DNA of 64,000 bases from the human T2T-CHM13v2.0 reference genome, Homo sapiens. Each line of letters starts with the position of its first letter. Positions within the stretch are counted from its first letter, which is position 1. Below the pieces are notes generated by a model. That model saw only the letters and a list, made by a program, of their open reading frames with translations, made no database searches and was not told where the DNA came from. Below are positions 31,206-44,400 of this stretch, in pieces. A program made the position numbers and the translations under genes. The stretch is taken from NCBI RefSeq assembly GCF_009914755.1, contig NC_060945.1. One strand, given 5' to 3'.

Positions 31206-34200
31206 CTGAAAAGCAAAAGGGATACATAATCAGTCGTATGTAAATATGATAAAATTATCCATACATTCATGCACTGTTACCATCAAGCTGTATCCTCCTG
31301 CCCCTATTAGTTTAGGTTTTTATGTTTTATACTTTGTGTCTTGGGACTGGAATATGACAGAAACACACTGAAGAAAACACCAATACAGGCTTCATGAAAT
31401 ATACACTTACAATTTCAAACGCGATATGATTTGTCATATGTCTAAAACTAAAATGAAACAGTGTCAGTATCAATGTGGATATGCGGAGGGATAAAAACAA
31501 ATGGGGTCTAAAAACAGAGGAGCAACTCATGCACCTGGGAATCAATGTCAAAGCAGGTGGTACGTGCTCTCACATGTCTTTAGTGCAAGGGATGAGAAGT
31601 AAATACACTATTATACTACAACCATTCATCATGCTCTTTAACTTGCCCAATAACTGAGAAGGTACACAATTACGATGACGCTTCAGCTGAATGTACACTT
31701 CACATCTCCTCAGTGGAACTGTCCTAAATTGATCAGCTTGGATATATGTTTGGTGAATCCTAGTAGACAGTATTCATTATTTCTCAGACTCATGTGGTGT
31801 AATTATTGCCCAAGTTTCTTGTGTTCTCTAGTTCAGCCTTCTGAAAGTTTTTTCATCCACTCACGGCAATAAGGTATAATATGTAAACCTCAATAAAAAG
31901 TATCATCACTTATCAATATTGACATATTTCTACAAAATAAAACTGCTACAAGCATTAGATATTAATAAGCTTTCACATTTGGGAATGACTCCAATATTCA
32001 TTGAAGATAACCATTTTATGAATCAATTAATGAATTCAACATTATTCTTGTTTCTAAAATAGTCTGGTTTGAAGTAACATGTTATTCTCTGAGGAATTTT
32101 CATTAAATTGCTATTGTATCCAAAAGTTAGCTCCTTGGAAAACAAAGCCAATGTATGCACATTCATGCTTATTTCATTTGAATGACTGATATCAACAAAA
32201 TCTATGTCTCTGATTCCCAATAGTAACAAAGAGAAGTAACGAGTCATTGTGGTTTATCTGAATTCTAGTAACTCTTTCCTTCTTCCAGTAGTTTCTGGAG
32301 CAGCCAAAATCAAATCATCTTTTATGCAAATATTCTAAATGCATCTGAAGTGAGTTCAGTTATACTTAGAGTCATAATTTAAAAAATCATTTTCTTTGTA
32401 CTCATGAAGGCTCCTAATATTCCTACATTTCCCGTATTCAGCAGTTCAGCTCTTTTGCCATCTTTTTCCACTTTTGCAAAAACATACATGTCAAAGAAAT
32501 CATGCATAATCAGATTCCCATGTAAATAAGGTAAACAAAATCTCTAAATCACAAGACTTCTTTTCTTATTAATAACCAACCAAATATATACATATACATA
32601 TGTACTATATCTATATATAGATATGTCATGATTGCCAAGAATATTGGTAGTTTTTTTTTAGTACTCAAGATATACATTCTTTTACTACTTTGTTTCTAAA
32701 GCTAGTTTGAAATAATATACCATAGGGGTCTCTCAGGTATGAAATTACTACTTCAGCAAGCACAGCTTTCCTAAAGAAAAAACTTTTTCTAGATTAAGCT
32801 GCATCCCAATATGCTAACTGACGTGAATGAAGCACATATCATTGATGTGCAAAACTTCTAGGGAGAAGAAGTGAAACCCTGGGGGTCACCCTCATCCTTC
32901 TAACTTCCGCTTTCCATTAAGTGACTCCCCACAAGTCTCCTCATCAGAAGACTCCAAATTACCTAGCTAGCTGCTTTCTTTGTTCTACCCAGTTTGACAT
33001 ACACTCTTTTTCATTCATAAATCTAATATCCATATTGGTGGACTTCATTCGTTGCCCTCCACTTTCATTTCTTCATTATTCTCACCACTACTGTATTCTG
33101 ACATCTGTACAATCCCATTCTGACACATGTGAAGATAAGGTTTTGCTTTATTAAAATGTTAAATGTATCAGACACTTGACTAACGTGTACAAATTCCTTC
33201 TTCACAAAAGCAGCGCCATGGCCTTCTCTCTCCCATAGACACTTTCACAGCTGTTCTTCACTCACATCGGTTTGAGTATCATCTCTCATTTTGGCTCTAT
33301 ACTTTCACCTCATATCATGAGTTATTATCATAGGCTCAGCAGCCTATCTTACCTATTTTCCTCTCCAGGAGACAGTACTGAGTAGTAAATTAGAATCTTC
33401 CAGGATATGAACACTTTCACGTACAAAAGACTTTGTGGAGCTATTTTATGTCTAACTACGCATAAAACCACTATGTCTATGCCTTCCAGAGAAACGGGCT
33501 CTGAAATGTTATTGAACATAACCTATTTAAAAACTTCTTTAACTACAACGACACTGCCTCTCCTCAATGAACCAACATCTTCAGAAATAACTTGTGAAGA
33601 CTTGAAAACATGTCAGTAATTGACATGAAAAATGAAGAATGATGTAATTTTTTGCATGTATAAATAAGTTACGCTGAGATCCTTACTAGATCCAAGAAGA
33701 GCAGAGTGCTATGAGACAGGAAATAAATGTGGAACAGAAATATTTTCGTTTGTAATGAAAATTATTCTATTTACAGTTTTCAGAAGAGAAAAAAATACAC
33801 ACAGATACACACACACACACACATTCACACACAAAAACCAGAGCAATATGGCTTTACAGGGTGTTTTTTCTTCAAGGGCCTATTTGTCATTTGACATCCG
33901 GGAACACTCTGTGGGGATCAACAAAGGGGTTCTAAATTGTGACCTGAGTAGTTTAGAGTTTAACATTCATGAGGGGGAGCCAAGAGAACAAGTAACACTT
34001 TGACCATCGGCCATTTCCTCTCCTTACTGTCATTCTCTGAAAAGCATACACTGGATTTTCTCAGGGTCATGACATGTCAAAAAGACATACTTTAAGGGGG
34101 AAACAGTTGCAATCAACACAGCCATGGGAGAGATACAGCTATGCTTGCTAGGATTTCTAATACTTCTGTTTCATTTCTAATATAGTACAAATCAATAAAA

Positions 34201-34729
34201 GCAACCACGTAAGCATATCCATGCTGGTATGTCATCATATTTATGACCATATGGTATCAGCATGAAGAAAGCATAATTAAATATGCTGCAGTCATCACAT
34301 GGCATATCATTAGATCATACAATAAATCAAATACCTCGCTGGGTCAATGTGGATAGATCTGAAATATATATCACTGATTTTGCAAAGACCAAGTTGCAGT
34401 CATTGTGTGCACTGTCTGAACTTTTCTACAAGGTTTTAATACACAAAATCAAGTTCTACAGGTTATCTATGAATGTGCACATATGTTGTAAGAGGTTTTT
34501 AATGTGTATTTGGGTGATTTTCTTTTTTTAAAAAAAAATTTAATTCAAGTTCTTGGTTAGATGTCGTCAATAAGTTTTAGTAGTACAGAAAACCCTAAGA
34601 CCATAACAGCTCAGAATGACTGTCTTAAAAGGCTATGTCTACCAAAGAGTCAGAAAAGCACGACTACTTACTTTCTTCATTTTTAAAACTCAGAGGTACC
34701 CCACGCACACTCCCAAATAAAACTGCACA

Positions 34730-36227
34730 CAAGTTCTTTAGTTTAATTAGATCCCATTTGTCAATTTTGGCTTTTGTTGCCATTGCTTTTGGTGTTTTAG
34801 TCATGAAGTATTTGCCCATGCCTATGTCCTGAATGGCACTGCCTAGGTTTTCATCCAGGGTTTTTACATATTTAGAACTGACTTTTAAGACTTTAATGCA
34901 TCTTGAGTTAATTTTTGTATAAAGTGTAAGGAAGGGGTCCAGTTTCAGTTTCCTGCATAAGGTTAGCCAGTTTTCCCAACACCATTTATTAAATAGGGAA
35001 TCCTTTCCCCATTGCTTTTGTCAGGTTTGTCAAAGATCAGATGGTGTAGATGTATGGCATTATTTATGAGGCCTCTGTTCTGTTGCATTGGTCTATATAT
35101 CTCTTTTGGTACCAGTACCATACTGTTTTCATTACTGTGGCCTAGTAGTATAGTTTGAAGTCAGGTAGCATGATGCCTCTAGCTTTGTTCTTTTTGCTTA
35201 GGATTGTCTTGGCTATGTGGGCTCTTTTTTTGGTTCCATATGAAATTTAAAGTAGTTTTTTCTAATTCTGTGAAGAAAGTCAATGGTAGCTTGATGGGTA
35301 TAGCATTGAACCTACAAATTACTTTGGGCAGTATGGCCATTTTCAAGATATTGATTCTTCCTATCCATAAGCATGGAATGTTTTTCCATTTGTTTGTGTC
35401 CTCTTATTTCCTTGAGTGGTGGTTTGTAGTTCTCCTTAAAGAGGTCCTTCAAATCCCTTGTGAGTTGTATTCCTTGTTATTTTATTCTCTTTGTAGCAAT
35501 TGTGTATGGGAGTTCACTCATGATTTAGTGCTCTATTACTGGTGTATAGGAAGGCTTGTGAATTTTGCACATTGACTTTGTATCCTGAGACTATGAGGAA
35601 GTTGCTTATCAGCTGAAGGAGATTTGGGGCTGAGACGATTTGGTTTTCTAAATATACAATCATGTCATCTGCAAACAGAGACAACTCGACTTCCTTTCTT
35701 CCTATTTGAATACCGTTTATTTCTTTCTCTTGCCGATTACCCTGGCCAGAACTTCCAAGACTATGATCAGAGTGAACAGGCAACCTACAGAATGGGAGGA
35801 AATGTTTGCAATCTGTCCATCTGACAAAGGCCTAATATCTAGAATCTACAAGGAACTTTAACAAATTTACAAGAAAAGAACAAACAATCTCATCAAAAAG
35901 TGGGCAAAGGATATGAACAGACACTTCTCAAAAGAATACATTTATGCAGCCAGCAAACATCTGAAAAAAAGCTCATCATCACTGATGATTAGAGAAATGC
36001 AAATCAAAACCACAATGAGATACAATCTCACGCCATTTAGAATGGCAATTGTTAAAAGCTCAGGAAACAACAGATGCTGGAGCAGATGTGGAGAAATAGG
36101 AATGCTTTTACACTGTTGGTGGGAGTGTGAATTAGTTCAACCATTGCGGAAGGCAGTGTGGTGATTCCTCAAGGATCTAGAAACGGAAATACCATTTGAG
36201 CCAGTAATCCCACTACTGGGCATGTAC
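34730..36227 (+). mobile_element. Second copy of the twin-primed L1PA7-like element, 3' end cut off by satellite
   Basis: Inverted part ~34730-35764, sense part from ~35765 (ORF 35913..36164 is an ORF2 C-terminal fragment); ends at ...cccactactgggcatgtac. Confidence 0.92.
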
Positions 36228-36230
36228 TCG

Positions 36231-36264
36231 GTGTGTGTGTGTGTACATATATATATATATATAT
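36231..36264. repeat. (GT)n(AT)n microsatellite at the L1/HSat3 junction
   Basis: gtgtgtgtgtgtgtacatatatatatatatatat. Confidence 0.9.
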
Positions 36265-39200
36265 GATTCCATTGCATTCGATTCCATTACATTAGACTCC
36301 ATTCCGTTCAAGTTCATTCCATTCGAGTCCATTCGATTCCAGTGAATTGCATTCGAGTCCATTACATTTGATTCCATTCCATTCCATTCCATTATATTCG
36401 ATTCCATTCCATTCCAATCCATTCCATTCGATTTAATTCCATTCAATTGCATTCCATTCGATTGCATTCCATTCGATTGCATTCTATTCGATTTCATTCC
36501 ATTCGATTGCATTCCATTCGATTGCATTCCATTCGAGTTCATTCCATTCCAGTCCAATCCATTAGAGTCCATTCCATTCCAGTCTACTGTATTCAATTCT
36601 ATTCCATTCCATTCCACTCGATTCCATTCCACTCGATTCCATTCTATTTGATTCTATTCCATTCCATTCCATTGCATTCAATTCTATTCCATTCCATTCG
36701 ATTCCTTTCTTTTTGGGTTCATTCCATTCTAGTCCACTCCATTCCAGTCCACTCCAATCAAATCCATTTCATTCCATTCCAGAAGATTCCATTCCATTCA
36801 AGTCCATTCCAGTCGCTTCCAATCCATTCCATTCAAGAAGATTCCATTCCATTCAAGTCCATTCCAGTCGATTCCATTCCATTCCATTCCATTGCATTCC
36901 ATTCGATTGTATTCCATTCAATTCCATTCCATTAGAATAGATTCCATTCCATTCTATTCCATTCCATTCGATTCATTTCCTTTCGAGTCCATTCCATTCG
37001 AGTCCATTCCAATCAAGTCCATTCCATTCCAGTCCATTCCATTCGATTCCATTCCATTCGATTCTATTCCATTTGATTCCATCCCGTTTGATTCCATTCC
37101 ATTCGATTGCATTCCATTCGAGTCCATCCAATTGAATCCATTCCATTTGCATCCATTCTATTCGAATCCATTCCATTCGTGTCCATTCCATTCCATTCCC
37201 TTTGAGTCCATTCCATTCGATTCCATTCCATTCCAGTCCATTCCATTCGGTTCCATTCCATTCCTTTCCATTCCATTCGATTCCATTCCATTCGATTAGA
37301 TTCCATTCGAGACTGTACTATTACACTCCATTCGATTCCATTCCATTCGATTCCATTCCATTCGATTCCATTCCATTCGATTCCATTCCATTCGATTCCA
37401 TTCCATTGCATTCCATTCCATTCCATTCGTTTCCATTCCATTCAATTCCATTCCTTTCGGTTCAAATCCTTTCCATTCAATTCTATTCCATTCAATTCCA
37501 TTTCATTCGATTCCATTCCTTTCCAGTCCATTCCATTCAAGTCCATATCATTCCAATCCATTCCCTTTGAGTCCATTCCATTCCAGTCCATTCCACTACA
37601 GTTCATTCCATCCCATTGGATTACATTCCATTTGAATGCATACCATTCGATTACATTCCATTCGAGTACATTGAATTCCATTCCATTCCATTCCATACCA
37701 TTCCATTCCATTCGATTGCATTCCATTCAAGTCCATTTCATTTAATTCCATTCCATTCCGGTCGATTACATTCGAGTACAATCCACTCTATTCCATTCCA
37801 TACCATTCCATTCCATTCGAGGCGATTCCTTTCAAGTCCATTGCATTGCAGTCCGTTCCATTTGATTCCATCCCATTTGATTCCATCCCATTCGAGTCCA
37901 TTCCATTCAAGTCCGTACCATTCTATTCCATTGCTTTCCTTTCCTTTCCTTTCCATTCCATTCCATGCAAGTCCATTCCATGCGAGTCCTTTCCATTCCA
38001 GTCCATTCCATTCAATTTCGATTGCATTCCATTCCATTCTAATCCGTTCCATCCGATTGCATGCCATCCGATTGCATGCCATCCGATTTGATCCCATTCT
38101 GTTCTATTCCATTCCATTCGATTCCTCTTCCTTTCGAGTCCATTCCATTCTAGTCCATTCCATTCCAGTCCATTCCATTCGAGTCCATTCCATTCCATTC
38201 TAGTCCATTCCATTCCATTAGATTCCAGTGCATTTTATGCCATTCCACTCGATTCCATTCCATTCCAGTCCAGTCCATTCGATTCCATTCCATTCAAATC
38301 AATTCCATTCCAATCCATTCCATTCCATTCTATTCCATTCCATTAAATTCGAATCCATTCCATTCCATTCTATTCCATTCCATTAAATTTGAATCCATTC
38401 CATTCCATTCCAGTCCATTCCTTTCAAGTCCATTCCATTCCATTCCATTCCGTTTGAATTCATTCCATTCCATTCCATTTGATTTCATTCCATTCCATTC
38501 CATTTGATTCCATTCCATGCCATTCCATTCAATTCAATTCCTTTCCATTCCATTCGATTCCATTCCATTTGATTCTATTCCATTCCATTCCATTCTTTGC
38601 AATTCCATTACATTCGAGTCCAATGCATTCCCTTCCATTCCATTCCTTTCCATTCCAGTCCATTCCAGTCCAGTCCATTCCATTCGGATCCATTCCATTT
38701 CATTCCATTGCTTTGAATTCCATTCCATACCCTTCCAGTCCAGTCCATTCCATTCGAGTCCATTCCATTCGAGTCCATTCCAATTGATTCCCTTTCATTT
38801 GATTCCATTCCATTCGTTTGCATTCCATTCGATTCCATTCAATTAGATTCCATTCCAGTCGTTTCCATTCCATTCGAGTCCATTCCATTCAAGTCCATTC
38901 CATTCCAATCCATTACCTTCGAGTCTATTCCATTCCATTCTATTCCATTCCATTCAATTCCATTCCTTTCGATTCCATTCCATTTGAGTCCATTCCATTC
39001 CTGTCCATTCCATTCAATTCCATTTCATTCCAGTCCATTCCATTCCTTTCCATTCCATTCCATTCAAGTCCATTCCATTCCATTGCATTCAATTCCATTC
39101 CATTCCATTTGATTCCATGCCATTCCAGTCCATTCCTTTTGAGTCCATTCCATTCCATTCCTTTCGAATCCATTCCATTCCATTCCATGTCATTCCATTC

Positions 39201-41483
39201 CATTGTATTCCATTCCATTCCATTCCCTTCGAATCCATTCCATTCCATTCCGTTTCCTTCCATTTGATTCCATAACATTTGATTCGATTCAATTCCTTTC
39301 CATTCCAATCCATTCCATTCCATTCCATTAAATTCTATTCCATTCCATTTGATTCCATTTCACTCGAGTCCATTCCATTCAAGTCCATTCCATTCCAGGT
39401 CATTTCATTCGAGTCCGTTCCATTCCATTCCATTCCATTCCTTTTGGGACCATTCCATTACTGTCCATTCCATTTGAATCCATTCCATTCCAGTCCATTA
39501 CATTTGATTCCATTCCATTCGATTGCTTTCCATTCCAGTCCATTCCATTTGAGTCCATTCTATTTCCATTCCTTTTGATTCCATTCCATTCCATTCGAGT
39601 CCATTCCATTCCACTCGATTGCAGTCCATTCGAGACCGTTCCATTCCGATCCATTCAATTCTAGTCCATTCCATTCGATTACTTTTCATTAGATTCCATT
39701 TCATTTGATTCCATTCCATTCGAGTCCATTCCATTCCATTCCATTCGATTCCATTCCATTCGATTGCCTTCCATTCCAGTCCATTCCATTTGAGTCCATT
39801 CCATTTCCATTCCTTTTGATTCCATTCCATTCCATTCGAGTCCATTCCATTCCACTCGATTGCAGTCCATTCGAGACCGTTCCATTCCAATCCATTCAAT
39901 TCGAGTCCATTCCATTCGATTACATTTCATTAGATTCCATTTCATTTGATTCCATTCCATTCGAGTCCATTCCATTCCATTCCATTCCATTCGAATCCAT
40001 TCTATTCCATTCCATTCCATTCCATAACACTCTGTTCCACTTTACTCCACTCACTACATTAAATTCCATTATATCCAATTCCATTCCACTCCGTTCCACT
40101 CCTCTCCTCTCCACTGCACTCCACTGCACTCCATTCCACTCCATCCCATTCCATTCTGCTCCATTCCACTGCAATCCACTCCACCCCACTCATCTCCACT
40201 TCATTCCATTCCATTCCATCCCATTCCATTCCTCTCCATTCCAGTCCACTCTACTTCACCTCACTCCACTCCACTCTAGTCCACTCCATTCCATTCCATT
40301 CGATTCCACTGCATTCCACGCTATTCCTTTCTTTCAAAAGTATCTCACTCTGTCACCCTGCCTGCAGCACAGTGGCACAATCTCAGCTCACATTTCATTT
40401 CACCATTCCATTCCATTCCACTCCACTCTACTCCACTCCACTCCAATCCATTCCACTCCACTCCTTTCCATTCCATCCCATTCCATTCCACTCCTTTCCA
40501 CTCCACTCCACTCCATTCCATTCCATTCCACTGCATTCCATTCCACTTTACTCCAGTCCACTCCACTCCGTTTCATTCCACTGCATTACATTCCACTCTT
40601 TTCCATTCCATTCCATTTCATTCCACTCCATTCCATTCTACTCCCCTCCACTCCTCTCCACCACATTCCACTCCACTCCACTCCACTCCATTCCATTCCC
40701 TTCCATTACATTCCATTCCATTGCATTCCACTCCACTCCACTCCATTCCTCTCCATTCCATTCCACTCCATTCCATTCCACTCCACTCCATTCCATTCCA
40801 TTGCATTCCACTCCACTCTGCTCCACTCCACTCCACTTCACTCCACTCCATTTCATTCCATTCCACTTCACTCCATTGCATTCCATTCCTTTCTTTCGAC
40901 AGGATATCACTGTGTCACCCAGGCTGGAGTGCAGTGGCACAATCTCTGCTCACATTACATGTCAACTTTCCATTTCATTGCATTATATTCCATTGCATTC
41001 TATTGAATTCCATTGCATTCCATTGCATTCCATTGTATTCCATTCCATTCCGTTCCACTCCACTCCACTACATTCTATAACATCCGATTACATTCCACTC
41101 CTCTCCACTCCACTGCTCTCCCCACCACTCCATTCCACTCCATCCCATTCCATTCCACTCCATTCCACTGGACTCCGCTCCACCCCACTCCACTCCACTT
41201 CATTCCATTCCTTTCTATCCCATTCCATTCCTCTCCATTCCACTCCACTCCACTTCACTCCACTCCACTCCAGTCCACTCCATTCCATTCCACTGCATTC
41301 CATTCCTTTCCTTTCTTTTGAGAGTATCTCACTCCATCACCCAGCCTGGAGAGCAGTGGCACAATCTCAGCTGACATTTCATTTCACCATTCAATTCCAA
41401 TCCATTCAGTTCCATTCCGCTCCACTCCACTCCACTGCAATCCATTCCACTCCACTCCATTCCATTCCACTCCACTCCTTTCC
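36265..41483 (+). repeat. Human satellite 3 (HSat3), (ATTCC)n, C-rich strand on +; diverged CACTC-rich subdomain from ~40020
   Basis: Continuous pentamer ATTCC with ATTCG/AGTCC variants; no recurrent CGAT-GAT phase typical of HSat2. Confidence 0.96.
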
Positions 41484-41487
41484 AAGA

Positions 41488-44400
41488 GTCATGTAACTCT
41501 TGTCTAGGCTCTGCTTACAGGGGGTATTTTGACATATCTCTGCACTGATCACCTAAGTGATGTAACACTTGAGTAGGCTCTGCCTACACTGGCATTTTGA
41601 CATACCTCTGCCCTGATAAGCAAGGTGATTTAACTCTTGTCTACGCTGTTCCCACAGGGGGATTGAGACGTATCTCTGCACTGATCCCGAGGTAATCCAA
41701 CTCTTTTCTGGGCTCTGCCTACTGGGGACATTGTGACATATCTCTGCACTGATCTCCCAGGTGATGAAACTTTTGTCTAGGCTCTGGCTACACGGCATTG
41801 TGACATATCACTGCACTTATCACCCAGGTGATATAACTCTTGTCTAGGATCTGCCTACAGGGACCTTGTGACATATCTCTGCACTGCTCACCCAGGTGAT
41901 GTACCACCTGTCAAGGCTCTGCCTACAGAGGCATTGCGATGTATCTCTGCACTGATCACCTAGGTCATGTAACTCTTGTCTAGACTCTGCCTACACTGGC
42001 ATTGTGACATATCCCTGCACTGATCACCCAGGTTATGTAACTCTTGTCTGGGATCTGCCTACAGGGTGCTTTGTGACATATCGCTGCAATGATCACCCAG
42101 GTGATGTACCACTTGTCAAGGCTCTGCCTACAGGGGCATTGTTATGTATCTCTGCACTGATCACCTGGGTCATGTAACTCTTGCCTAGGCTCTGCCTACA
42201 GTGGCATTGCGACATATCTCTGCACTGATCACCCAACTGATTTAACTCTTGTCTAGGATCTGCCTAAAGGGTCTTTGTGACGTAACTCTGCCCTCATCAT
42301 CCAGGTGATGGGGCTTTTGTCTAGGCTCTGCCTACGGGGGCATTGTGACGTATTTCTGCTCTGATCACCCAGGTGACGGACTCTTGTCTTGCATCTGCCT
42401 ATGGGGGCATTATGACATATCTCTGCACTGATCACCGAGGTGATGTAACTGTTGTATAAGCTCTGCCTACTTGTGAGTTGTGAGAGATCTCTCCACTTAT
42501 CGCCCAAGTGATTTAACCATTGTCTTGGCTTTTCCTACACGGGGCTTTGTGACATATCTGTTCACTGATCACCCAGGTGATGTAACTCATCTAAGCTCTG
42601 CCTACAGGGGCCTTGTGATATATCTCTGCACTGATCACTCCCGGGGTGGGAATTCTTGTCTAGGCTCTGCCTACAGGGGGCTTTGTGACACATCTCTGCA
42701 CTGATCACATAGGCGATGTAACAGTTTTATAAGCTCTGCCTACAGGGAATTTTGACAAATCTCTGCACTGATCACCTAGGTGATGTAACTCTTGTTTAGG
42801 CTCTGCCTACAGGGGGCATTTTGATATATCTCTGCACTGATCACCCAGGTGATGCAACTCTTCTCTAGGATCTGCCTAAAGGGGGTATTGTGAAATATCT
42901 CTGCACTGATCAACTAGGTGATGTAACTCTTGTCTAGGCTCTACCTACAGGGGCTTTTTGACATATCTCTGAACTGATGAGAAAGGTGATGTAACTCTTG
43001 CCTAGGCTTTGCCTACAGGGGACATTGTGACATATCTCTGCACTGATCACCCAGGTGATGCAGCTCTTCTCTAGGCTCTGCCTACAGGGGACTTTGTGAC
43101 ATATCTCTGCACTGATCAACTAGGTGATGTAACTCTTGTCCAGGCTCTGCCTATGGGGGCATTGTGACGTATCTCTGCAATGATCAATCCGGAGATATGA
43201 CATTTGTCTAAGCTCTGACTACATGGGCACTGGGACACATCTCTGCACTGATCACTGAGGTTATTTAAAACTTGTCTAGGCTTTGCCTACAGTGGGATTT
43301 TTGACATATCTCTGCACTGAACTCCCAGTTGATGTAACTCTTGTCTAGACTTTGCCTACAGGGGGTATTTTGAGGTATCTCTGCACTGATCACCGAGGTG
43401 ATGTAACTCATGTCTACGCTCTGCCTACTGGAGACATCGTGACATATCTCTGCATTGATCACCCAGATGATGTAACTCTTTTCTATGCGTGGCCACAGGA
43501 ACATAGTGACATATATCTGCGCTGATCACATATGTGATGTAACTCTTGACTAATGTTTGCCTACAGAGTGCGTTGTGACACATCTCTGCACTGATCTCTC
43601 AGGTGAGGTAACTCTTGTCTAGTATCTACCTACAGAGGGCATTGTGACATCACTCTGCAATGATCACCCAGGTGATGTAACTCTTGTCTAGACTCTGCCT
43701 ACATGGACATTGTGACTTGTCTGAGCACTGATCACCCAGGTGATGTAAATTTTGTCTAGGCTCTGCTCACAGGGGCATTGAGACATACCTCTGCACTGAT
43801 CACCGAGGTGATGCAACTCTTGTCTGGGCTCTGCCTACAGGGGACATTGTGACATATCTCTGCCCTGATCACCCAGGTGATGTAACTCTTGTCTGGGCTC
43901 TGCCTACAGGGGGTATTGTGACATACCTCTGCACTGGTCTCCTAGGTGATGTAACTGTTTTGTAGGGTCTGCCTACAGGTTCGTTTTGATATGTCTCTGA
44001 AGTGATCACAGAGGAGATGTAACCCTTTTCTAGGCTGTGCCAACAGAGGGTATTGTAACATATCTCTGCAATGATCACACAGGTGATTTAACCCTTTTCT
44101 AGGCTCTGTCTACAGGGAAATTGTGACACATCACTGCACTGATCACCCAATTGATGTAACTCTTCTCTAGGCTGTACTTTCAGGGGGCTTTGTGAAATAC
44201 CTCTGCACTGATCAAGTAGGCGATGTAACTCTTTTCTAGGCTTTGCCCAGAGGGGGCCTTGTTACATTTCTCTGCACTGATCACCCAGGTAATGCAACTC
44301 TTGTCTATGCTCTGCCTACAAGGGCATTGTGACATATCACTACACTGATCACACAGGTGATGGGACTCTTGTCTACCCTCTGCCTACAGGTGTCTTTGTG

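Noticed and set aside
36213-41496. Many long ORFs (up to 433 aa; MEWNG/IPFHS repeats)
   Set aside because: A perfect (ATTCC)n pentamer has no stop codon in any frame on either strand; these are satellite translation artefacts.
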